Assembly: GCA_000004985.1 (NCBI GenBank)
Contig: GG738879.1
Origin: Naegleria gruberi
Taxonomy: Eukaryota
Direction: 5' to 3' (one strand)
DNA: 64,000 nt
A program made the translations under genes and the position numbers. Of this stretch, positions 31,526 through 41,364 are shown one piece after another; position 1 is the first letter of the stretch, and each line of letters opens with the position of its first letter. The notes under the pieces were generated by a model. It made no database searches and was not told the origin of the DNA. It saw nothing but the letters and a program-made list of their open reading frames with translations.

Positions 31526-32325
31526 ATGAAAAATACATCACTGTTGGTTTTATTAGTTTGTTTGGTGCTTGCTGTCTTTTTAATTTCGGAGAGTACACCA
31601 CAAAAAACCACACCACATCACCATCACCATCAACAACAACAACAAATAATGATGACGTAACTAGTGTGCGAACGAATGTATTAGGACAAGTCGTTGATAT
31701 TCCAAAACATTTGAGAAAGGATGAACAACACGATCCGATTAAAGTGCTTGTTTTGAGACAAGATAGGCCTGGACAAGAAGAAATTTATTATGTACGAGCT
31801 GATGGAACATTTTCTATTGAAGGTTTGACTGTCGGATCACATATTGTACAATTAGCTTGTAATAGATTTGAATTTGCTAAAGTTCGTATTGATGTATCAA
31901 AGAGTGGAAAGATGAGAGCTATTGCTATGGTTCCATCTAGTCATCCTTCACTTTATTCATCTGAGGAAGAAAGAAAAGCTGCTGTTGCTTCTGTGGACGG
32001 ATTCGGATTTGTTAAACAAAATATTCCTGTCGAACCAATTCTCAAAATTAGACCATTGAATGCTTTGAATTACTTTGAAGTTGTTCCTCCAATGGATTAT
32101 CTTGGACTCTTGAAGAATCCTATGGTTATCATGTTAGTTGTTGGTGTTCTTGTTTCTGTTGTTTTCCCTAAACTTGTTGACCCAGAAGCTATGAAGGAAG
32201 CACAAAAATCAATGTCACAAGGTGAAGGAAGCTTCCGTGATTTAATGAATAATTTGAATGGTGCTGCAGAAACTACAGCTGCAAATGCTATAACTGGTCA
32301 AAAGAAGAAACCAAAGAAGGATTAA
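31526..32325 (+). CDS. EMC7: ER membrane protein complex subunit 7 (EMC7)-like. The signal-peptide exon is in a different frame from the body: either join(31526..31592, 31685..32325) with a 92-nt intron, or a 1-nt indel in the A-run at 31601..31609.
   Basis: The body matches EMC7 (..VRIDVSKSGKMRAIAMV.. against human VRVDITSKGKMRARYV; LKNPMVIMLVVGVLVSVVFPKLVDPEAMKEAQKSM against [38 protein letters not shown]). The only upstream ATG (31526, aaaaaaaATGaaa) encodes a textbook signal peptide, MKNTSLLVLLVCLVLAVFLISES, in the +1 frame. The track ORF starts at a TTG and has no ATG. Confidence 0.6.
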
Positions 32326-32406
32326 ATTTTATTTATTTTGAATTTACCTTATTTAATGCTTTTTCATATTTGACATCATTATTATTTTCAATTTATTTGT
32401 TATTTA

Positions 32407-34218
32407 TTAAACTTCAATATCTGAAATGACTGAATGTAAACTTTCACTGCTGTGTGATCTTTCCATGGAACAAGTTTCAGCACTTTCAAGACTTGAAATG
32501 CTATCCACAGATTTTGATCCAATAGAACTACCAAACGACAACTTGTTTGAAGGGAAATCAGTTGCTGAGAGTTCCATATCATCGTGAGTATACTCTGTAT
32601 AGTTTTGTACTGGAGAGGACATGCTATCTTGCAATTTGAGAGCTTGTAACTTGGTTTCAGAGTTACCTTCTTCAATCAAGAATTGAGCCTTATTCATACT
32701 CTTTTCACCAACAATCTTTCTCCATCTCAAATAGAAGAAAGCAGGAATGTTGATACCAACAACTGCACAACCATAGGCAACAAAAGCACCTGCCAAAAGA
32801 TTCCATGAGAACATAGTTGGACAAGCAATCATTGAATACAAGCTTACAGAGCATGAGCCCAACATCATTGGACCAACAGATTCAACAGCCAATGTTTCGT
32901 CTTCATTACCAATCCACAATGTAAATAATGTGGTCATGTAAATAGTTGGGAAAGAGGCAAATAAACCAGCAAGGAGAGTAAGTTGCATAGCATTGAGGAG
33001 AACACTGATGGAAACCAAACAGAATGGCAAGCCAATTCTCAAAGCAAAGATAATGAGACGAGACTTTTTGAATTTCTTCTTTTCTGGACTTGTTGGAGTG
33101 TTGCTATTAGTATTACTCGATTGATTGAGAGGTTTGTACACCTTATAGGTCCAAGAAACCTTGACAGCCAATACAAGTGTAGCAACAAAACACAAAACAC
33201 TAATGGCAATGTGGATTTCATCTCTCCATTGAATGAGACTAATGGCTGTCATATAGGTGCTTGCCATCACTGTCCAAATGCTCACACCCAACAAACATAC
33301 CAATAAACCACTCATAACTTTGATGAGGGTGTCGCTACCCAAAGCTTGTAATGCCTTGATTTGGAAAGTTGGTTCATCATCTGCTGAATTACTATTTTCA
33401 ATTTGAATAACAGTAGTTGGGGATGATTCATTTGGTGATTCGTCCTTTTCAGAGAGGATAATTACATTGGTCAGGTCTTCTTGTTGCAAAGATTCCTCTT
33501 CATTAGTGGAAGAAGCAGTTGGAGTTGGTGGCACCTCAGTGGATTCTTTCAATTTCTCACCTTCTTGGTCATTGTTCTTGTTGACGACTTCAATGGTAGT
33601 AGAAGGTTGAGATGAATTAACATCCAAGTCTTCAATCTTTGAATTGGATGTCTTTGCTTTGGACTTTAATTGCTCAATCTTTGAGGAAATGAATCTTCTC
33701 CAACGTTTCACAACAAGTTGATCAATGTGTGGAGGAAGCACCTTCCAACACAATAAAAAGATGGCAGTCATAAAGGTACCAATTGGAATAGTAAAGAACC
33801 CTCTGGTCATGACATGTTGTCTAGTGGTACTGTCTTGTCCAAACTTGAAGAGAGCATCCAATGCAAAACCCAAAGTTGATGGAACTATCAATTCAATGAA
33901 TATACAATATATATTTCATTACTTACCAACAGCAGTTGGAATAGAGGAGATGACACCACCAACTCTTGAACCTGCACGTTCAATAATGAGAGTAATGGTG
34001 AATGAAATTAAAGAGGCACACAAGCCCATAAAGATTACATTAAAATACAAGGAAGAAATGACTGGATAAACCATTGCCAAAAGACCTTCCTGATCCAAGT
34101 TTGAATCAATAACAGTAGAGTTTGAAGTACCATTTGTTGGATTGAGAGTGGTTGTTTCATTCAATAGCACTTGAAGCATTTGCACATTAAGGTATTGGAA
34201 GAAAACTTGACTGGTCAT
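32407..34218 (-). CDS. Multi-pass membrane protein (about 590 aa) with a serine-rich cytosolic loop. Two exons: join(34218..33927, 33884..32407) with a 42-nt intron at 33885..33926.
   Basis: Track ORFs 33919..34218 and 32407..33891 join through a GTAAGT donor and GATAG acceptor, phase 1, giving ...SSIPTAVG-V-PSTLGFALDALFKFGQD.... About 10 hydrophobic helices. The family was not recognised. Confidence 0.6.
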
Positions 34219-35103
34219 TTTATGAGTGATGATTATTAGTCTTATTGAAATGAATGTTGTTGGATGATATTATTGTCTTGAAATGTTCTATCATGCGTTT
34301 TCAAATATATTTAGCCTTTGTTATTCTCGTGTGTTGTGAGTGACAAAGAAGCTTTGTTGAAGATCTTTTTTTTCAATGGTAACCACAACAGTGAGAGGAA
34401 TGAAGGAAAATTAATGTGCACCAATAATTGATGTTTTCAAAATCGAGAGAAGGAGACAAGGTTGGAAATGTGGATATTCTCAATATTCTCTCATCACCTG
34501 GGATTTGTAAAAACTTCGCGTGTTTCCTTGTTAAGAAATGTGGATAATTTTGGAACGGAAGCCTACACCACCTCAATTAGAATTATTATTGAAAAATTCA
34601 ATAATAGACTTGCACGGGCGCGAAACGATATGTTGAAAATTTAACAATAGCAAGTACATTCGCTAGGGGAAAGTCGGGAGCAAACTTTACTGGATTTTTT
34701 ATCACCTCCTTAATGAGTTGGAAAACGTTTCAATAAGTCTGCGAGTCTATAAATGACTATGGAGGTTCCGCTATCTTCGTAATTTGCCCATTAAATTGAT
34801 ATTGATATTTCAAAGCAAATATTCCATGTTTTTTGAAGTTTTACATTCTAAAGCTTGAACGGGTACCTTTTAAGAATGCACCTCGTATTGAGGTGTAGGG
34901 TTGTTGCATGTGTGTACTGCAGTTTGGAGAAAATAGAAAACAGGATTATAATAATATATTCTTCATGATTTCAAGTTAATGGTTTCAACACATATTATCC
35001 AATGAACAATTATCCATGTTGTGAAAATTCTAGATATGTAGAAAACCAATTTTATTGTAATAGTGTATACAATTTCATGGTTCAATTTGATATTGAATCA
35101 TCT

Positions 35104-35677
35104 CTAATTCAAATTCAACCAATTAAGCCAAATGATAAATTCCTGAAAACTAATAACACTATCAGAATTAGTATCCAAACTCTTCATTGCCTCCTCAACT
35201 TCCTTCATGGATGCATTCTTATTTTGTTCATATAATTCTCTATAGAATTTTTCAAATTCACTCAGAGAAATGACACGATTAGAGTCAACATCATATTTTC
35301 TGAAAATATCAGCTGCTTGAGTCAATAACTCAATTCTCTTTTCTAAAATTGATAATTCTGAAGTGGATGCAATTTTAATCCAATATTGTTCGAATTCTTC
35401 AAAGGAAACGTGGCCATCAGAATTTTTATCAAGATACATTTCAAGAGCTTGAATTTCTTCCTTGCAGAAATTGAAACCCAAATCATCCATAATCTTCTTC
35501 AAATCAGAAACTCCAAATACACCTCTTCCGCTCTGTTTCGAATAATATTTTGATCATTTGAAAATAAAAATTATATTGGAATGTTTAAAGAAATAAGAAT
35601 ATTTTACATACAGTATCATACTTTAGACACAAGCTTTTAATAACCTTTGGATCTGTGCAGTACACAACTGATGTCAT
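35104..35677 (-). CDS. EF-hand calcium-binding protein with 3 EF hands. Two exons: join(35677..35612, 35532..35104) with a 79-nt intron.
   Basis: EF-hand loops are DKNSDGHVSFEEF, DVDSNRVISLSEF and DTNSDSVISFQEF. The body frame is open upstream to an AACAG acceptor at 35533. An upstream ATG (aaaaaaATGaca, 35677) encodes MTSVVYCTDPKVIKSLCLKYDT. It ends at a canonical GTATGT donor (35611) in phase 0, in frame with the body. Confidence 0.6.
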
Positions 35678-35760
35678 TTTTTTAATTATGGTGACGTCTG
35701 GCAATAAAGTTCACAAGTAATCAATCCATTTACACGAACAACTCAATTAGTTCCTAATCA

Positions 35761-36288
35761 TTAATCTTTCTTCTCAGCATCTACAGTTTTTCCCCTAATA
35801 ATCTCACCAAACACCTCGTACAGCAATTTTGTAATCTCTTTCAATACTTGAAGCCATTCCAGTACCAAATCCGATCCTCCAATGATCCACACTACAAATA
35901 AGAAGAGTAACACCATGAATGCATACTTGAAAGGAGCAAAAAGTATTCCAAACACAACTTCCACCATAAAATCTTGAATTGTTTCCAAAATCCATGATTC
36001 CTTCTTTTCCGAATTGTTTTTTAAATTTTCCTCAGTTTGTTCTTGACTATTATTTAATTCTTCCTTCTTATTGTTGGGTTTTTCTTCCTGATGAAGATTT
36101 TGTTGTGGAAAATTCATAGAAAAGTTTCTTGATGCGTGCAATGATGATGAAGATCGGAAGAGGAGTTCAATACTGGAATTGCAAGGTAGTTTCGTGTTTC
36201 GTGGAATTGTGTTGTGAAGGATTCCTCTTCTAAATATTGAGTTGCTAATGATTGATTTTGTTGAGGAAACAAGTCGTCCGCTCTTCAT
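35761..36288 (-). CDS. Hypothetical tail-anchored-type membrane protein.
   Basis: The ORF's track start is a TTG; the first ATG is at 36288 (MKSGRLVSS...). A single C-terminal hydrophobic helix (FMVEVVFGILFAPFKYAFMVLLFLFVVWIIGG). Confidence 0.35.
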   Translation of the reverse strand: MKSGRLVSSTKSIISNSIFRRGILHNTIPRNTKLPCNSSIELLFRSSSSLHASRNFSMNFPQQNLHQEEKPNNKKEELNNSQEQTEENLKNNSEKKESWILETIQDFMVEVVFGILFAPFKYAFMVLLFLFVVWIIGGSDLVLEWLQVLKEITKLLYEVFGEIIRGKTVDAEKKD

Positions 36289-36374
36289 TTCTGATTTGTG
36301 GTATTGATTGTTTTTTGTAATAAAAATTATCAAATAAATTATTAAATTAATTATTTATTCTTCTTAATTTCTTT

Positions 36375-39300
36375 TTACTTTCTCTTTTTACCAAAGGAAA
36401 TTTGTAAATCATTTTCTGCAGCTAACATTCGAGGTGTTTGATGTTTGTTATCCTTCACATCAGGATTAGCTCCATTTTGAAGTAAATATCTACAAATCTT
36501 TTCAGCTGCTGGTTTGTCTTTGACCTTACAGGCTAAATGAAGTGGTGTTTCACCCTTTTCATTTACAACATTCACAACTTCCTTAGTTAATAATGTTAAG
36601 AATAAATTGACAGTTTTGATGTTACCCTTACTGACAGCCAAGTGAAGAGGAGAATTACCTGAAGCATCTTGTTCTTGCATCATTGTTGCACATGATGTAG
36701 GATTCAAGAATGCAATTCTATTCACAAGAGCATCCAATCCTTGTAAAGCAGCTTGATGTAGAACATTTTGCTTTCTTTCATCTCTTGACATTGGTCCAAA
36801 GACAACGTTTGGTTTAGAGTTAGTGATGATGTATTCCACAATGGCAATGTGTCCCTTAGTGGCAGCTCTCATTAATGGAGTTTTTCCAAATTTGTCCTTC
36901 GAGTTCAGTAAAACTTTGTTTCCACTTTGAGTTGATGAAGCAAATGCTGTACCAACACTTTCAGAAATGTTAATATCATTTGATTCACTCACTAAAAACT
37001 TGACAGCTTCCATTCTACCTTGATCACAAGCCATATGTAAAACAGTCGATCCTTCTGAGGTTTTGAAATTGTAATCTCCTTCAAACATGTTGCACATCAT
37101 TTGGGCAGCTTTGAAGCATTTTGTGGCACTTTCCATTTCGAAATGTTCTTCATCATAGAATGCCTTTGCAAAGAGAAGATGAATTGGTGCCTTGCCATAC
37201 TTGTCTCTAATGTTAATTTTACCTCCCAATTGACACAATACAAGAATCGAATCAATGGCTCTGTGAGAAGTTGCCCAGTGAAGTGGAGTTGATTCCAATT
37301 CATCTTCAGCATCAATAGAACATTGATACTTGGTCACCAATAGGAAAATAAGAGATGACCGATTTTTCTTGGCACTTTGATGCAAAAGGTAACATTTTGG
37401 TTTTTCAAAATCTCTCATTTTAGGAATATCATGTTCTGAAAAGTTGGCAAATTCTTTCAATTCTTCATTCTTTGACTCATCGGCTTCCTTACAGAATGCC
37501 AAGTATCCAATTATGAAATTCTCAAAATATTCAGCACATTTTTGATCATCCAAATTGTGATTATTGATAAATTGTTCTAAAACAAATGAATAGAGTTGCT
37601 TTGGTTTCACTTCTCCAAAATTTGTGAGAGGAATGTATTCAACAACAGTCACAATACTTTCCTCATCGTCTCCAACCTCATATTCTGGAGCAATGGTTGT
37701 GTTATATTCTTGTGAGCCTGGAGAGAGAGCTCCTGTTGGGCTTGTTACTGTTGCTCTCAAATTATCAATACTTCCTAGAATATTAACAGTCGATACTTGT
37801 AAACTAGAGGATGTATCTTCAGAAGATTCAAAACTATAGGCAGAATCATTGGAAAGTAGTGAAGATATATTTCCATTAATAATATCCTCAGTAGTTCTTT
37901 TGAACTCTTCATTATTAAAGTTCAAGGTTGGCACAAGATTTCTTGGTGTCGATGAGAGTGTTGGTGGTGGAATTGGTTCTTCCTCTTCAGGAGATTTTTC
38001 TTTTTCGTCAAGGAGAGTAGAAAGTGGATTCGTATAAGGAGTGTTAGCTGAGTGGTGTTTGTTGATTAATCTTTTCAATTTTTCATTAGTAGAATTACTC
38101 AATGTTGGAGTATCGGATGGTGATGTTGTCGCAATGACTGGAGTCAAATCATATTCTCTTTTACCAAAATCGAATACAGACTTTCTCTTATCCTTCTTTT
38201 CGTCTGTAAAGGATCGAGAGAGTCTATTCTCTGAATTTCCATTTTTGAGCCAGTTAGCAATCTTACCAGAGACGCTATACTTTCTCTGAGATAGACTTAT
38301 ACTTTCCTCATTCTGAATAAATTGTTGAATTTTTGATGAGACAATTTTTTCATTGACCAATCTTTGAATTTGTTCGTCATCTGCTGCTCGAGGTGTCTTT
38401 GGAGTTTGATCTTTGAGCATACTTGCTTCAGTGGAAGATCGTTTTTCAAAGAGTTTTCTCTTGTGAGCTACATCCAACAAAGCAGGATCACCTTCATTAC
38501 TTGGAGAAGTTATTGACTGAGTTGCCTTTGAAGGTTCTGATTTTGAAGAAGTACTCTTCTTTCTTCTTGGTGTTAACATTGAAATCAATTTTTTGATATT
38601 TCCTTTAGTTTTCCTTGTTGTTTGCAGAGCTGGTTCATCTGAATTTTCGTTTGGTGTTGGAGGTGTATATGGTGATGTATTATTGTTTACATTGTAATTT
38701 TCAGTCAAACCTTGTTTTTGAATAATCATTTCATTTCCTGATGATTGAATTGAGAGAGGAGATGTCACCCTCTTATGAGTTTGTATTGTTAAATTCTCGG
38801 AGAATGGAGATGGTGGACTCGTTGTTGTTCCTCTTCCACTATCTACGATGAGATGTGAGAGTGGAGGAGAAAATCTTGAAGAATCTCCATTCATTATTGT
38901 GGTAATCATTGGATTTTCCAAAACTCCAACACTACTCAGAGTACTACTACTCATTGGCGAAACAATTGAATTTCCACTACTTGATGATTGTAGAAACTGA
39001 TTGAAGCTAATGACACTATTTACAGAACTGGTCATACTTGAATTGCTACTGCTTGGAGCATGGTGTGGCGAGAGATGATTAACTAAATGGTTATTATTAT
39101 TCGAATCAGAAATGCTTTCTCTGAAATAATTCTCTGGAGTTGTTGTTGTATTATACAGTGAAGGAGAAGATTTCGAAGAATGAATCAATGAAGAATGATT
39201 ACTAGCTGATGAAGGTAAAGCTGCAAAACTATGACTGGCTACATCAATATTGTTATTCGAAACTTGTGTAGAATAGTTTTGCACAGCCGAATCTCCATAC

Positions 39301-39951
39301 TGTTGTTGGAAAGATTTTAAACGGTCGGCTGAAGGTTGCTGTTTAGATTCCCTCTTAAAGGCGCTCTTCAATTTTGACCAACGACTTTTAGATGAATTAT
39401 TCAATTCTCCAGGTGAATTCATTGATAGTCCATTATTATTCATTGCAGATAACTCTTGTTCATTAAATATCATGGTGGGTGAAAGGGAAGATGCCAATGA
39501 AAGTCTCTGTGATGCTCTTCTAGGTGAAAGTAAATTATTATTTACACTCTGATTGAGTAGGAGAAGAGATGGTGAGGGAAATTGTGTTGTAGGAGAGGAT
39601 GGTGAAAATGGTTTCTCTTGTTCTCGTTCTCGTTGCTGATGATGGATGAGGATGTGGATGATGAATATTATTATTATGATGTTGAATATTAGGCTGATTT
39701 TGATGATTTATAAAGATTGGAGAATCATCATCTAATTGACTTGTTGTTGCTCTCCTATCGTCCTCTGCAAATTTAAAGAATAATGATGATGAGGCAGGTT
39801 GTTGTTGATTATTGTTTTTGGATAATGCAAATTCAGGTGATGAATTTTGCACGAGAGATGATGTACTTGTTGAACAGGTGAAATTTCCAACTGTGTTGGC
39901 AGTAGCAACTGTTGTATGGTTGTTATTTGTTGTTTTTGCCTGTTGTTTCAT
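36375..39951 (-). CDS. Ankyrin-repeat protein (about 1,190 aa) with a long S/N/T/Q/H-rich N-terminal region. There is an apparent -1 frameshift near 39560..39625 between track ORFs 39538..39951 and 36375..39497.
   Basis: The C-terminal third has at least 8 ankyrin repeats (..TPLHWATSHRAIDSILVLCQLGGKINIRDKYGKAPIHLL.., ..SPLHLAVSKGNIKTVNLFL.., ..TPLHLACKVKDKPAAEKICRYLLQNGANPDVKD..). The frame of the 1040-aa ORF stays open upstream through ...QEKPFSPSSPTTQFPSPSLLLLNQSVNNN.... That overlaps the end of the 137-aa ORF. The 137-aa ORF carries the only well-contexted ATG (aaagATGaaa at 39951). Confidence 0.55.
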
Positions 39952-40551
39952 CTTTCAATTGTTAGTGTTTCTTCAATATGATGTCGCGGTCACAATTATT
40001 CGAAGAGGAAAGTAACTGCAGAGATAAAAAATCGAGCTGAACCAAGTTTGGCAACAACTGCCGAGACACAATTTTAAAATTGATTGTTGTGTTGGGGGTT
40101 GGATTACCTCTCTCTCTTGATAATTTCCTTGGTAACAGTTTATTAACAAATGTTTTTTGATTCACCACCGCTCAAAGGAGTATCAATTGATTTTTTATCT
40201 ACTTTGCTCATCATATTGAAAAGTGATACTGTGTGCACCTTGTTTTCATGACTCGTAATTACGGCAACCATAGAACAACTTTGGAACCTTGATCTATCTA
40301 TACTCTAACCAGTCAATGTCATCAATCCTTACTTTTTAAGAGGTTTCAATACAAGCCACGAATTCGCTATCTAGAGAATAAATGATGACAAGTACATTAT
40401 TAACATCTTATTGACAACACATTAAGGTTATTCTTGTGAATGTTTCAAATGTTTCAGTTGGTGGAATGGCTCAAATTATTTTCGGACGAATACGATTCCA
40501 ATACCACCTTACAAAAGAAACACGTGTAATTGGTTTTAGAAACAAAAAAAA

Positions 40552-41211
40552 ATGAGCAACCAACAACGTGCACCAGTCTACTCCTTGAATGCTAGAGGAA
40601 AAATGTTTACTGATGATGCCTATTATGAAAAACCTGTTTCCTACAGTAATAGTGAGGAGGTTAGAAGAAATTTGAGTTATACTCGTAGAGTGAATACAAG
40701 TGTTGGTAGTAGCAGTAGAGATTCTTCGGAAGATGATCGGAAACAAAGAAGGAACAAGCAACAGAAGAAAAAACCTTCTTCTATTTTCTGCTGTTTGTTA
40801 TGCCTTCCATTTAAATGTATTTATCAGGGCTTGAGAGCAACTGCTAAATTGGCTTGTTATTCCTTTATTGCTGGTATTGCACTTGTATTAATTTTCCAAA
40901 TATTGGTTTACTTTTCACTCTTTTCTACTGCTTCAAACAAATATTTTGGAGGAGAAACAAACAGTGAGAACACTCCTCACACTCTTTTTGATAGAACTGC
41001 TCATGTAATTGGAACTGCTTTAGGAGCAACGTACTTCTCTGCAGAATCTGGTTATGCTGCTGCTAAATGGACAATGAATACTGCATCATATTGGCTTGGA
41101 ATCATGTTGGATTTTATTGAATATTGGAGAGGGAATAGACCTTCTTTATTTACAAAATATAATGAACAATCTAAGGGAACTCAGGAAAACTATCATGACC
41201 ACAGATATTAG
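40552..41211 (+). CDS. Hypothetical membrane protein of 219 aa.
   Basis: ATG context caaaaaaaaaATGagc. A basic N-terminal region, a Cys-rich juxtamembrane segment (FCCLLCLPFKC) and two hydrophobic helices. Confidence 0.45.
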   Translation: MSNQQRAPVYSLNARGKMFTDDAYYEKPVSYSNSEEVRRNLSYTRRVNTSVGSSSRDSSEDDRKQRRNKQQKKKPSSIFCCLLCLPFKCIYQGLRATAKLACYSFIAGIALVLIFQILVYFSLFSTASNKYFGGETNSENTPHTLFDRTAHVIGTALGATYFSAESGYAAAKWTMNTASYWLGIMLDFIEYWRGNRPSLFTKYNEQSKGTQENYHDHRY

Positions 41212-41364
41212 AATGTTATATTTAGAATATATTTTTTATGATTATTTACCAAATTTGATGAATTGATTTAATTACGAAAAATACTATTAGTAATTTGTGT
41301 TATCTAACTCATGGAAATTTTACAAATATATTCTATTGTTGAATCATTGTTATGTACTATTTAA

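Noticed and set aside
34590-34720. A relatively GC-rich non-coding island (..cttGCACGGGcgcgaaacgatatgTTGAAAATTTAAcaatagc...ggattttttatc..) with two motifs reminiscent of U4 snRNA (the GCACGGG stem II sequence and the UUGAAAAUUUAA central region) and a U-rich tract.
   Set aside because: The spacing is far too short to hold the 5' stem-loop/K-turn. The invariant GCU(A/G)AUC stem I sequence that must pair with U6 is absent. No complementary strand exists for a stable fold. It is most likely coincidental or a promoter element.
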